This document shows positions 32,001 to 40,632 of a stretch of DNA of 64,000 bases, one piece after another. This DNA comes from a virus. Lineage: Duplodnaviria; Caudoviricetes. The position numbers were made by a program, and so were the translations under genes. The notes beneath the pieces are model-generated. The model was given only the letters and a program-made list of their open reading frames with translations, did not search any database and was not told where the DNA came from. Where the stretch lies: the IMG/VR virus record IMGVR_UViG_3300004369_000013, positions 1,386 through 65,385 of that record, one strand, 5' to 3'. Position 1 is the first letter of the stretch. Each line of letters starts with the position of its first letter.

Positions 32001-33837
32001 ATGCTGCTACTGTGGCAGCCTCAAACTGTTCCGCTGACAAATAGTTTGTTTGCTCTGCAAGAATTTTACTATTTCCGCCAAGCCTTAGAAAACCTGTACG
32101 CATTACCGCAAATAATTTAATACCATTTGCAACCGCATTTAACAACAAACCGAAAGTCATTAACAATACTGGACCAATAATGCCAACTAACGTTGTTGCA
32201 ATTACAATAAACTTTTTTGTGCCGTCTCCAAGATTATTAAACCTATCTAATAAGCCTGCAATTGATTGTGCAATTGGAGTGACTGCTTCTAAAAATGTTT
32301 TACCAATTGGCTCAAGTGTTAATTTAAGGTCTTGCATTGCCTTTTTAAACTTAGTTCCAACTGCATCCTCTAAAACTCCAAGTTCTCGTTCGGACATTAT
32401 TGCAAGTTGTTCAACAGAGTCTGTTGTTAGTCCAAGAACCTTTGATGCTTGTGTTCCATCTTTAATTACGTTTTGAAACAAAGTTGATAAACGCGAAAAC
32501 TGAAACTTACCAAATAATTGTTCAATGGCACGAGCACGATTAAGTGGATCTAAGGTATCTAATGCTCTTGCAAAGTCTACAACTGTTGCCTGAATATCTC
32601 CTTGATTACCTTCAACAATTGCATTAATATTAATTCCCATGTCAGAAAGCATTTTGTTTGCCTTTTCTGTAGGATTAATTAATGCTGCAAGACCAGACTT
32701 TAGAGCGTTTGCTCCTTGTGATGCATTAATTCCGCCTTCTTTCATAGCAGTTAAGAAGAATGCTAAATCCTCAACGTCTCCACCAAGTTGTTTAACAACT
32801 GGACCTGCTTTAGGAATTGCAATAGTTAAATCTTCAATAGATACAACTGTCTGGTTTTCAACGGCGTTAAGAAAATTAATCTTTTTTGCCAAATTTTCTG
32901 CTGCTGTACCAAATGCGTTGGTAATAGATATGGTTGTTTCTAGTGCCTGTCCTTGTTCTACCCCGCCAAGAACAGCAAGTCTAGTAGCCTGTGCAACCTG
33001 TGCAGTAAGGTCTGCTCCAGTCTTACCCATTGCTGCAGCATCTGCTGCCATTTTCATAGTATCTACAACTGCAACTCCATATTTAGTAAATGATTCTGCA
33101 AGTTGTCTTACATTTTCAAGAGCCTCATTTGTTTGTTCTGTTGTTGTGAAGATATCTCCATATACACGCCTAAACCTAACCGCTTGCGCTTCAAGGTCTA
33201 TGAATGTTTTAGAAGCCACAGTTCCAAGATAGGCAAGGGGAATTGTAAAGCCAACCATCAACTGACGACCAGCCCACTGAGTATTCTTACCAAAATTTAG
33301 AAGATTAGTTGATCCTTGTTTTAGTAATTGATTAAACAATGCTTGTTTTTGTGCTGCCACTGCAACTTGTGTACCAAAGTCTTTCATATTTACACTAGTT
33401 GGAGTAACAGAAATAGCCTTCATAGAGCCGCTTGCATCACGGCCTAGTTTAATGTACTGTGTTTGTAATCTTCTTACACGATCTTGGGCTACCTTGCCAA
33501 TTGTGTCAAACTCTGCTTTAAATAATCTTCCAAATGTTTTTGTAGAGCCTCCCGCAAAGCGAAAGTACTCTCTCATTGATAACTTATTTTTTTCAAGAGC
33601 ATTTGTAAAAGATTCTGTGGATGTTTGAATAACACCCATCTGTGCTGAAAACTTACCAGAAGCATTTATTGAGTTCAGCAGATTCTGCTGCATGTTACGC
33701 TGTTGAGCAGCAGCAGAAGCACTACCCTTTGATACTGAAGTATGGAATAGTGCTAACTGTCGCTGTAAACTTTTAAGTTCCGCTAACGCCTGCGACGTAT
33801 CAATTTGTACGCCAATTCTGGCATTAACATCACTCAT
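26056..33837 (-). CDS. Tail tape measure protein
   Basis: 2593 aa; tape-measure core region, hydrophobic helices, long coiled coils, DSVPAMLTPGEFV. Confidence 0.93.
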   Translation of the reverse strand: MSDVNARIGVQIDTSQALAELKSLQRQLALFHTSVSKGSASAAAQQRNMQQNLLNSINASGKFSAQMGVIQTSTESFTNALEKNKLSMREYFRFAGGSTKTFGRLFKAEFDTIGKVAQDRVRRLQTQYIKLGRDASGSMKAISVTPTSVNMKDFGTQVAVAAQKQALFNQLLKQGSTNLLNFGKNTQWAGRQLMVGFTIPLAYLGTVASKTFIDLEAQAVRFRRVYGDIFTTTEQTNEALENVRQLAESFTKYGVAVVDTMKMAADAAAMGKTGADLTAQVAQATRLAVLGGVEQGQALETTISITNAFGTAAENLAKKINFLNAVENQTVVSIEDLTIAIPKAGPVVKQLGGDVEDLAFFLTAMKEGGINASQGANALKSGLAALINPTEKANKMLSDMGININAIVEGNQGDIQATVVDFARALDTLDPLNRARAIEQLFGKFQFSRLSTLFQNVIKDGTQASKVLGLTTDSVEQLAIMSERELGVLEDAVGTKFKKAMQDLKLTLEPIGKTFLEAVTPIAQSIAGLLDRFNNLGDGTKKFIVIATTLVGIIGPVLLMTFGLLLNAVANGIKLFAVMRTGFLRLGGNSKILAEQTNYLSAEQFEAATVAASLNQAHSRLTQQFNIEASAVRLLRQAYIDATVAAANFARTNPGMMIPGRGGAPKKFARGTASVPGKGRKDNVPAVLMPGEAVIPTDIAQDPQFQPIIDAMLSGNLQAFATGTGDAQPALAFGHAVDRRQVSGKKVSEQFRRLGFGRENIYTSVGFDIPKEMNAQLNRKNSTVFAGDYRRALIDDNSLRTMTQNLIKRGIPDKEAFRVSNQIRTNLLKSLSSLPDNALINDKMIYSRMGNERTGIMGALAKSGDPVISRAAASLLGGVSSSAVGGSSIVTNKLKPIDDVIKAVQKTRSNPVLVKKLIELKKLNPNLQVPTRLNDAGEIVAYRRPEITDGKITKNNVINALIDGKFKSQREFLGGGRQVLRVTKSLNDAFDRLIGRQPQRETVAVRARGEYKVDSKGNLTPLTGQNTSRKPASVGTTSRNVSDNRTTTLGPNETIVQRMRRLRGFANAPQVDPRTGSTTLGEISQSARLSRAQLLAATEKISLNEAKKRIAAESKLTSAMNESTEAQKTTKQKLSQFSSKASLGIGAISGLTIAASFAGGKLGETAQTLMPFVFGLQGIVALLPLLANPFVAMVAGLALVGGILFKMAKDIEKARQEGIALANAMSMTSKKLVDLSVISGTVSASEEAARRRQNIVSGTVEGQRQFGQNVLDSEFGKQILADIETQSKSGKSIKEISQNLANNLAVAVAQGAVTTTQARSIAAALGESLGSYEIPALVSGKLISLIGPNGENLASDPLQVTLQIQKESMQRQSDSFKTAIEGAISEATAPNVLARVAGFGLIATGIAATVLTGGVAAGAGIAAAGAGAMMLGEADSNKRKAVNVKLAAAAVELGIQEVAQNQGLVDSLNKQYDIKLKSAKTEEQIKTIQDERKNALDQLNASNANALSLLVSQRDQLGEEAFTKGIKAAADVMYKEGPMAVFKDQAIEALNELEKSDFKTRLQIGLASGQVGPAVIAKILSTAAGNKGFETSFNLLVDKQGLADAALIAQLLPSQGATDETRSLMLRYVNSNTEDFDKDMQALSFLNQINPTYGITLDLKANGIQQIITTTNALKQIETLPDVLTKDVVAKLAEEKPGEWKAFYDQWTILSEGKDTVSKNLKVAFDVVSNDPNFKGFGSAAGKSAAELIAKGGTLLGPVPGGDIVDDTNANKNRNTTLDELLKRLKFIRKASIDAQGGVKELLKITSGQGLQKFGGVMQQLMAGAKGGASREFISFLESLDNKTRKTYMNIKNGEVVLTKQGKALKEAFNEKVIGEFQVTQAQTIQDTLAQRAALLRLKAAGVDNATALEMVADASLAVAINSKSISSKELVKMGKDAKKAKDEIKDLNLEVQNLGASVQDKITNLSTVITALSAARASGITSEELLDYIASNQELADQIASKGINDPIVQDLIKNQPKIEDLEDAIAGLKNPLAKIQSDFDKAREKAERFYNFLENQANNTYKKWLQNTKVTFEGVSYSIETALEKAKDKVEEYQESIDDASRNVELEFDRPMEAMREQIDDVQRNIELQFDRPIDGLQREINGLQRQIEEQFDRPIQALQDESGKLANDLSILSRVADEINKKYDAQEEALSKISELNQEIISQEKQRIGLADAITSGDISAAAQAAQDMRAAAAASAVERSGGALGQAREAELAGLRTAGGLTKVQAEERQFQISQQTYQLEQNRDVVQAQILAKQDVIYRLEQARVPLLDKIRGIEDQIYILQERKEDELLKIRVLEDEIYKINEEIIEPINRQLDARQKILQAEIDAIEAQREKWEETQAGIDAAKIKADGFDTTMAGIESKTAAMLKNWNDIQSKVVTLTTIQKTISSGSSSGSTVTGTRVVDGRTVVTGLSSSASGSTVGGKFISMNYGGVVPKYMAAGGRIGSDSVPAMLTPGEFVMNRRASERFGPMLSMLNESKYPSMIGNGIGSQTPVNNISKSVSDNSTAVYNYNLGFNINGSNANAKDIANVVMREIKNVDLQRVRGQRV

Positions 33838-33852
33838 TTGTCACCTCATTGT

Positions 33853-34185
33853 TTAGTTGTTTGCAAGAACTGTGTTCAGGAGCGCATTTGCATCCTGAAG
33901 TTTTACCCCTGAAGCAGACTCAATGATTCTATAAACTGTTGGAAGATCAATATTTTCTTCTAACTTTTTAGCATCTTCTGCAATTTCTGGCTTATATTGT
34001 TTCATAGCAATTTGAACACAATCAATAAGGACAGTTGTTGACTTGTCATTATCTTCTGCCACCTCTGCTAGTTCTGCAAATTTCTTCATAAATGGACGAA
34101 GTAATGAGATTTTAAGCGGTCTTGCTTTAATCTTTGTACCATCCAAAAGAACTAGTTCTACCTCTTCATACGTGCTTGTTGCCAT
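33853..34185 (-). CDS. Tail assembly chaperone, short (G-like) form
   Basis: Lies between the major tail and tape measure genes; paralogous to the N-half of 34247..34942. Confidence 0.75.
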   Translation of the reverse strand: MATSTYEEVELVLLDGTKIKARPLKISLLRPFMKKFAELAEVAEDNDKSTTVLIDCVQIAMKQYKPEIAEDAKKLEENIDLPTVYRIIESASGVKLQDANALLNTVLANN

Positions 34186-34212
34186 TGATTTTTCCTCCTA
34201 TAGGCTATGTTA

Positions 34213-34221
34213 ATTATAGCA
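34213..34221 (-). promoter_or_regulatory. Extended -10 promoter TGCTATAAT for the short chaperone and tape measure genes
   Basis: Consensus motif followed by a GGAGG RBS. Confidence 0.7.
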
Positions 34222-34246
34222 TGATGATTCTTTATTTTTTAGTATT

Positions 34247-34942
34247 TTATTTTGTTAGATCTTCGTACTCTAGACCCATTCCAATACCAAACCCTGCTTT
34301 TTTGGCATTTTGTCCTTGAAGCGCTAAGATATCTCTACTATCACCTGTTGCACCCTTACTAAATACCCTGGCCTTCATGTCTTCCCATTCTTTTTGTCCT
34401 CGTGAAGATCCAGACTGTTTGTCTAAATCTACCCCTTGAATTGCAGCAAGAAACTTTTTTTCTTCATAGTCAAGTTCTCTGCGACTAGCAAGTGTGGCCA
34501 TTAATTCTGGCATTGATAAAGACTCTTCTAATTCTTTATAATCTTTCCATATACCCAACAAAAATGCCTCAGCCTCAATTTTTGCTAGATCTAAGTCTGA
34601 CCAGGTTGATCCACTTTCTGTTGCTTGATTTTTAACAGTTTCTTCTGAACTCTTGTTTATCTTAATTCCTGCAGAAACATCTAAAATTGAATATATTGTA
34701 GGCATATCAAAACTGTCTTCTATGTCATCTCTTTTTAACATTATGCCTGGATAATATTGTTTCATGGCAATTCTAACACATTCCATCAAACAGTCTATTG
34801 CTTCATCATCGTCTTCGGCTTTTTTTACATTTTCAAAAGCCTCCATAAATTCACGGAGATATTTTATCTTTAATGGAATAATTTCTAATTCTGTCCCATC
34901 AATAAGATTTATTATTTTATTTTGATAAACTGTTGTTGCCAT
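34247..34942 (-). CDS. Tail assembly chaperone, long (GT-like) in-frame form
   Basis: G-like N-half plus a C-terminal domain (LLGIWKDYKELEESLSMPEL). Confidence 0.7.
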   Translation of the reverse strand: MATTVYQNKIINLIDGTELEIIPLKIKYLREFMEAFENVKKAEDDDEAIDCLMECVRIAMKQYYPGIMLKRDDIEDSFDMPTIYSILDVSAGIKINKSSEETVKNQATESGSTWSDLDLAKIEAEAFLLGIWKDYKELEESLSMPELMATLASRRELDYEEKKFLAAIQGVDLDKQSGSSRGQKEWEDMKARVFSKGATGDSRDILALQGQNAKKAGFGIGMGLEYEDLTK

Positions 34943-34970
34943 AATTTATCTATTCTATCACAGGAAAAAC

Positions 34971-34995
34971 AAAAACCCACCTCGTAAGAGATGGG
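34971..34995 (-). terminator. Intrinsic terminator after the major tail gene
   Basis: CCCAUCUC-UUAC-GAGGUGGG-UUUUU. Confidence 0.85.
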
Positions 34996-35019
34996 CTTCT
35001 GCCTTAATCTAAGATTAGA

Positions 35020-35652
35020 TTATGATTGACCGTATGTGCGATCTACGATCTTGCCGTATGATCCTGATGTATCTTCTGGTAATAGACGGAATGAAACTTC
35101 AAACATTGAAGCCTCATCACGCTTTGCCGATACTGTAACATTTTCAATTGACAATGCACGGTATGCTGTGTAAACTCTTTCAACCTCGGAGGCAATATCT
35201 GGGTCTCCAGATCCTGGTCCAACAGCAACGATTCCTCGTTCTAGTGGAACCTCTCCGATGTCTCCTGCACTCAGATCAAGTGCTTGACCTGTAGATGCTG
35301 ACTTGTTTCCTGTAAGTTTACTGTCAGAGTACGCTAAGGCAAGAAGCAAGTTTTCAAGGGTTGCTTCAGCAAAAGCGGTAGCAAGATTAACTTGCATACC
35401 TTGCTTATATAGTTTTGCAACGTCAAGAATTTGGTCTACCTGGACTTCACCGAAGTCTGGTTGGAACTGCAATTCTAGGCCGTTCATGGTATAACCTATG
35501 TTAGTATAATCTGCTTCATCTGTTAGTGTATCCTTAAAAGACTCACTTGCATCAAAAGCCTCCAGTGTGTCTGGAGTTAGAGTTGTATCAGCAACGAAAA
35601 GTGCTGCTGCACCAACGATAATGTTGTTTGACGTACCACGGCTATATGGCAT
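35020..35652 (-). CDS. Major tail tube protein
   Basis: IIVGAAALF, GYTMNGLEL, AEATLENL; own promoter, strong RBS and terminator. Confidence 0.82.
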   Translation of the reverse strand: MPYSRGTSNNIIVGAAALFVADTTLTPDTLEAFDASESFKDTLTDEADYTNIGYTMNGLELQFQPDFGEVQVDQILDVAKLYKQGMQVNLATAFAEATLENLLLALAYSDSKLTGNKSASTGQALDLSAGDIGEVPLERGIVAVGPGSGDPDIASEVERVYTAYRALSIENVTVSAKRDEASMFEVSFRLLPEDTSGSYGKIVDRTYGQS

Positions 35653-35723
35653 ATTATTTCACCTCTTTCATAAAGTATATTAAATTGTTTGGCGTGTTTC
35701 CTCAAAACCCATTATACCGCTTT

Positions 35724-36296
35724 TTATGTATATCTAGAGTTTGTCTCAGTCTTTATGTGGTAGTCATACTCAACAATTATTTTGTTTACAAACAGGGTTC
35801 TTGCTGAGGCCAGTTCCGCTACGTCTCTGCTTTCATCTGCTTGGTATACCCTCGTATTGTGAAAATAAATGTTATATGGAATAGACTCCTCGCCAGAAGA
35901 GTTGAGTATTGGGTTTGACACATTGTAAGAGTTTACGTCTTGGGCTGAAGCGTCTTCTCGGTCAAGAGCGTTTGAAATAACCCTAACAGAATCTATCAAT
36001 TTGCCGACATCTGTAGAATATATAAAATATATAAGTTGTTCTCTTTTATGAGCGTAAAATGGAGTAGGTCTAAATCTCATTAATCTATCATAAACAATAA
36101 GAATTGGACTCTCTGTTTGTCTTATTTGAATGCTGTCATTATATAAGTCCTCTATGTTTGTTGGAAATTGTGCTGGGACCATGGGGGAAGGATTGACTAG
36201 ATCTGAGTCTGCTATTAATTCATGAAAAGCCAATTCAGACAGAATATATCTATTTAAAAATGTAGGTGGAAAACCAGTATCTGTTAATATGCTCAT
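35724..36296 (-). CDS. Putative tail terminator
   Basis: Position just upstream of the major tail gene. Confidence 0.55.
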   Translation of the reverse strand: MSILTDTGFPPTFLNRYILSELAFHELIADSDLVNPSPMVPAQFPTNIEDLYNDSIQIRQTESPILIVYDRLMRFRPTPFYAHKREQLIYFIYSTDVGKLIDSVRVISNALDREDASAQDVNSYNVSNPILNSSGEESIPYNIYFHNTRVYQADESRDVAELASARTLFVNKIIVEYDYHIKTETNSRYT

Positions 36297-36300
36297 GTGA

Positions 36301-36978
36301 CTATTCTACCCCAATTGTTGCATTAGCAATCCATTTAAAGCCTGTATCAAGGCCCTTCATTCTACCCGCTCTTGATCCAGCCCTTATGTTTGTCTTATAA
36401 AGTTTTGGTTTTTTAATATAATCATAAATACCAGAAGCCTTTAGAAATGATTGTTTAAAATATCTTAAAATAAACTCATCTACAGTTTTTTCAAAACTTC
36501 CATAAACCATCTCTCCACCAGGACTGTCTACCTTAATAGACTTTCTTGTAAATACCTCTCCAGTCGGACCATTAAATTTCAATACACTGGATTTAGTGGG
36601 TGTAATAGTAACTGGAATACCGTTTTCCATAATTTTTGCTTTATCATAAAATGGTACCGTCATGTTTTCTGATACCGTTCTTGATTGTCTAAATGAAGAA
36701 TTAATAGATAGTCCAAGATTGCTAACAGTATACTTTAAATTAAACAGCCTTGCATTTGGACTGCCAGTTTGATTCCATTCGTAAATGTGATGCAGTGCTT
36801 TTGGATTTGATCTTGCCTCAACATCAACATATTGTGCTAGGGCTTGAATTACTCCAACGCCCAGTCTATCTAAAAATATTTTTTTACCTTTATGAATGCC
36901 GTCTAAAAATCCAATAGAATAATCAACAATGTTTCTCATTTGCTTATCAAAAATTTTTGTATTCATTCTAACTATCAT
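36301..36978 (-). CDS. Putative neck/tail completion protein
   Basis: Gene order in the neck module. Confidence 0.5.
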   Translation of the reverse strand: MIVRMNTKIFDKQMRNIVDYSIGFLDGIHKGKKIFLDRLGVGVIQALAQYVDVEARSNPKALHHIYEWNQTGSPNARLFNLKYTVSNLGLSINSSFRQSRTVSENMTVPFYDKAKIMENGIPVTITPTKSSVLKFNGPTGEVFTRKSIKVDSPGGEMVYGSFEKTVDEFILRYFKQSFLKASGIYDYIKKPKLYKTNIRAGSRAGRMKGLDTGFKWIANATIGVE

Positions 36979-37427
36979 TAGTCACCCACAGTTTGATTTT
37001 CAGTCCTGCGCCACAACATTTTGTAATACTCTATAGACCCAAATGGTCCTGCAAATGGCTCAACTGTTGCTATTTCATAAATAGTTCCCCTGCCAGATCT
37101 TGGCCCAGCGGTTTCTTTATAAATTATATTATCGCTTGCATCTCTTACGTTTGTTACAAGTATGTTTGTTGTTGCGTTGTTAGAATTATTTGAAGAAAGT
37201 CTGGGGTCATTTTGAGTTCTTGCAATAAGTTTATTTTCATATTGTAAAAATGTTTCTGGTTTAATGTCTTCCGTTCCTAGTCCACCAACTGAGGTTGCAT
37301 TGCAGGTTACAGTTCTATCGTAAACCCAGTCTTTTTTGGGTTGACCATAATCTCCCTGTGTAAGAATTGGAAAATATATATCGGCTTTCATTGGATACAT
37401 AAAGTCTGTAACTTCGCAAGAGTTCAT
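36978..37427 (-). CDS. Putative head closure protein
   Basis: Size and gene order. Confidence 0.55.
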   Translation of the reverse strand: MNSCEVTDFMYPMKADIYFPILTQGDYGQPKKDWVYDRTVTCNATSVGGLGTEDIKPETFLQYENKLIARTQNDPRLSSNNSNNATTNILVTNVRDASDNIIYKETAGPRSGRGTIYEIATVEPFAGPFGSIEYYKMLWRRTENQTVGD

Positions 37428-38431
37428 TATAAAACTCCAGGACGAACAATATTATCAACATATTTAGACAAAATCTTGTCTACAATAATATTTCCAGTAC
37501 CCTCAATCATTCTTTTGTCGTACTCAATTTTAAATTGATCAGTGCTGTAGTTTTTTACATATCTCTTGTAATAATCTAATTTGCCACACTTAATATCATT
37601 AATTAATAACTTTGTAGCATCTTGAATATCAATAGGAACTACTTTATACCCTGTTTCTAACAAGAAAATATAATCTGTTCCGTTTGGAAACCCTACGCCA
37701 GCAGTTATGGTTTGAACATTTCCGCTATCTTCTGTATCAAATATTGCAAATGAATCTGAAGAAGCCACTGGAATTCTTGCTGGACGTCTTTCCGCTCTAT
37801 TTAAAGAATCTATTGACTGCACTGGGTCTTTTGTAATTGCAGTTTTATCTTTAGTAATTAAGTAATTAAAGGCTCCTAATGCTGGGCCGTCTTCGGTGTC
37901 GCTTGAGTCATAGACCAGTTCTGCATTTTCATATGCTTTTAAAATTTTATGTGTTCTGTCCCAAAGTGGAATGTAATCTGTTTCTTGTCCAACTACCTCA
38001 AGATATTTACGTCTATAATAAAATCCGCCAACAACTGTATCAATAATTGCCCTTGCCAATGATTCATATTCTTTATACTTGGCAATATCTGTTGCAGATG
38101 TTTCATTGTTTGCAGTTGCTAGTTCTGTTGGATTTATATATGGGCGCTCAACCTGTAAATTATCTTCAACTACAATGTCCCCACGCTCTCCATCAATATC
38201 TTCATAAACAGTGACTGCATAAGATTTGTCGTATTTTACAAAATCTCCACTTAACTCATAAGTAATTGTTCCTTGTGAAGAAGATGTTAATCCAGACTCT
38301 CCAGCAATCTCTTCTTCAATTTCTGTTTGTTCTCCAACATCCTCAATAACAAGAATATAGTCTGCCGTTTCATCTGGAACCTCATAGGTCACTGAAAGCG
38401 GATATGGGGGTAAACGAAGTACTATTGACAT
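37427..38431 (-). CDS. Putative head-tail adaptor
   Basis: ARAIID...GYKVVPIDIQDATKLLI...TGNIIVDKIL; gene order. Confidence 0.6.
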   Translation of the reverse strand: MSIVLRLPPYPLSVTYEVPDETADYILVIEDVGEQTEIEEEIAGESGLTSSSQGTITYELSGDFVKYDKSYAVTVYEDIDGERGDIVVEDNLQVERPYINPTELATANNETSATDIAKYKEYESLARAIIDTVVGGFYYRRKYLEVVGQETDYIPLWDRTHKILKAYENAELVYDSSDTEDGPALGAFNYLITKDKTAITKDPVQSIDSLNRAERRPARIPVASSDSFAIFDTEDSGNVQTITAGVGFPNGTDYIFLLETGYKVVPIDIQDATKLLINDIKCGKLDYYKRYVKNYSTDQFKIEYDKRMIEGTGNIIVDKILSKYVDNIVRPGVL

Positions 38432-38787
38432 TAGTCTTTACGGTAATAAGATGCCACTTCTTCAGGCGATGCTACACGCACTAGCCTATGAGTCAGCCAC
38501 TTTTCCGATGCCTCCTTTGATACTATGTTATATCCCACCTTTAATGCACCCAAATTATCCATGTGAAGATTTTTATCTGAATATAAGGCCACCTTATTAA
38601 TTAAAGTTTTTGCCTTGTCCACTTCTTCTACTTCTTCTACTTTTGTCTCTGGTGGAAACCAACTAGCAATAATTTCCAAAATTTCAAGTTTAGTGCTTGC
38701 TTCAAAAAGTTCTATATTATTTTTTTTAGCATATGACTTTAATGCTAGTACGCTTTTAGTTGATAGTTCTTCCATTGTTGTGTTCAT
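38431..38787 (-). CDS. Small protein with Rho-N/HEH-like N-terminus
   Basis: ELSTKSVLALKSYAKKNNI...KLEILEII. Confidence 0.55.
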   Translation of the reverse strand: MNTTMEELSTKSVLALKSYAKKNNIELFEASTKLEILEIIASWFPPETKVEEVEEVDKAKTLINKVALYSDKNLHMDNLGALKVGYNIVSKEASEKWLTHRLVRVASPEEVASYYRKD

Positions 38788-38820
38788 AATTCTCCTGTAC
38801 TCATTTGTAATTATACCAGA

Positions 38821-38856
38821 ATAACAATAAGGAGGACGGTTTTTATGCCGCCCTCC
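38821..38856 (-). terminator. Terminator after the capsid gene
   Basis: GC-rich stem GGAGGGCGG/CCGUCCUCC followed by a U-rich tail. Confidence 0.75.
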
Positions 38857-38877
38857 CTAGTACGTGATTGTTATATT

Positions 38878-40029
38878 TTAGGAATCAGCACTGTCTGCGT
38901 CAACATAAGCGACGGCATCTAGTTCTTCCCATTGAATACCAAAGCGTACGAATACTGTGTATTCAATTGTGTCTTTCTTTGGCTTGTATTCACGGTTTAC
39001 AGTGATGTCTCTCTGGAAGCCCCATACACGGTTCTGAGGGAATGTTAAATCAACATATCCTGCAGGGTAGTAAGGAACCTCAAGAACATCTACACCAAGT
39101 ACACGAGTTGTACGTGAGTTACCTAGTGTCTGCGCTCCACCATCAAGGAATTCTTGACGATTTGCTTGTGTGCTACCAACACGATCAGCGAATGCTGATG
39201 AGATGGCGTCTGCAAGTGTACCGTTGTTACGAACGATACCAGCAAAAGCATCAGTACCTGCGTAGAACTTAAGGTTTGACTTAAGTGCACGATACTTGCG
39301 AGGCATTGCTAATAGCAAGCCTTGCATTACTGATGTGGTGTAGTTGTTGTCTGCAACAGTTGCAGCATATTCGTGAGCGTCGTTTCCGACTGTTCCACGA
39401 GTTTGCTTGACGAATCCTGCCATAATTGAAAGGAATGCGTCTGAGCCTGTACCGAGACCGTTGATAGCAAGATCTTCAATATCGTTTGCGAAAGCATTGG
39501 TCATCAAGCGAACTAGATGATCTTCAAGTGCTCCACCTTCAATATTGTCTTCAAGTGCTTCAGTTGATACTTCCCAATCAAGACGAATCTTTTTGGTTGT
39601 TAACTCAACTTTTGAAAATGTTGCGCCGATATTTGTATAATCTGGTGCTCCTTGAGCAGCAGCACGAATTACACGCTCACCTACGTTTACTTTTTCAATT
39701 TCCATGGTGTTTGCTCTCATGGTGACACGACGGCCATCTTTAGCGAGGACAGTTGCATCCCACACGTAGTCAATAAAACGACGTGCTTGCTCAGGGGCTA
39801 GAATACCACCTGCAACACCTGTTGGATTTACTGCGTTTGCTCCAGTTGTTGAACCGAAGGCTGCAGTAGCAGTGTTACCAAGTTGTGAACCTACAGACTG
39901 ACCTGCAGAGTCCAGACCTGTTGCACCACCTATACCTCCAGACGCTAATGAACCTTCTGAGTTAATATCACTCGCTGGTGCATTAGAACTTGGATAGTTT
40001 TTTTCTATGTTTGTGTTTTGTTCCGACAT
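38878..40029 (-). CDS. Major capsid protein (HK97 fold)
   Basis: GGILAPEQARRF, EVSTEALEDNIEG, DIEDLAINGLG; AGGAGGTG RBS; follows the protease. Confidence 0.92.
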   Translation of the reverse strand: MSEQNTNIEKNYPSSNAPASDINSEGSLASGGIGGATGLDSAGQSVGSQLGNTATAAFGSTTGANAVNPTGVAGGILAPEQARRFIDYVWDATVLAKDGRRVTMRANTMEIEKVNVGERVIRAAAQGAPDYTNIGATFSKVELTTKKIRLDWEVSTEALEDNIEGGALEDHLVRLMTNAFANDIEDLAINGLGTGSDAFLSIMAGFVKQTRGTVGNDAHEYAATVADNNYTTSVMQGLLLAMPRKYRALKSNLKFYAGTDAFAGIVRNNGTLADAISSAFADRVGSTQANRQEFLDGGAQTLGNSRTTRVLGVDVLEVPYYPAGYVDLTFPQNRVWGFQRDITVNREYKPKKDTIEYTVFVRFGIQWEELDAVAYVDADSADS

Positions 40030-40056
40030 TATTTTCACCTCCTAGTGATTTTTACC

Positions 40057-40632
40057 TTATTTAAATAGGTCGGTTGATGTGAGGAAACGACCGCCCCATA
40101 GGGATTTTTGAACCACTTGTGGTGATTCCTGTACGATCTCGCCTAGATCGCCAGACTTACGGAAAGCGGTGTCTTTTTCTACAAGATCTACACGCTTGCC
40201 AAACTCGTTAAAGTTGCTCTTAATGCCGTTAACATCTGCTGTTACTGCATCAAGAGATTTTGTTACTGCTGTTACCTTCTCATTAAGAGATTTGATAGTT
40301 GCAGCAAGATCGCCAAAGGCATTAGTAAGAGAAGTATTAATTTCTGAAACTGCTTTAGCAACTTCTTCTTTAACGTCTGCAATAGAATTTTCTACCACAT
40401 TCTCTACCTCAACTGTTGCTGTTGCAACCGAAGAGTCTGCACTAGCATCGTCTGATTTAGCAATAGCAAGTTCTTCAACTGCTGGTGCCTCTTCAACGAC
40501 TGCAGGGGTTTCTGTTTCTTCTGCAACAACCTCTGTTGCTGCTTCTGCATTTACCTCTGCTGGCTGTGCCCCTGGAGCAACCTCTGCATTTTCAACTACA
40601 GTTTCTACAACTGCTTCTGTTGATTCTGTCAT
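40057..40632 (-). CDS. Probable nested in-frame scaffold protein
   Basis: Internal AAGGAGGT at 40647-40640 precedes in-frame ATG 40632 (MTESTEAVVE). Confidence 0.6.
   Translation of the reverse strand: MTESTEAVVETVVENAEVAPGAQPAEVNAEAATEVVAEETETPAVVEEAPAVEELAIAKSDDASADSSVATATVEVENVVENSIADVKEEVAKAVSEINTSLTNAFGDLAATIKSLNEKVTAVTKSLDAVTADVNGIKSNFNEFGKRVDLVEKDTAFRKSGDLGEIVQESPQVVQKSLWGGRFLTSTDLFK

Noticed and set aside
32180-33232. Long plus-strand ORFs within the tape measure gene (likewise 40169..40855 and 51942..52400)
   Set aside because: Antisense to well-supported genes, with no expression signals or recognisable motifs.
34186-34260. Programmed frameshift joining the two chaperone ORFs
   Set aside because: The ORFs are 61 bp apart with a promoter and RBS between them, and the second repeats the first's N-terminus rather than extending it.
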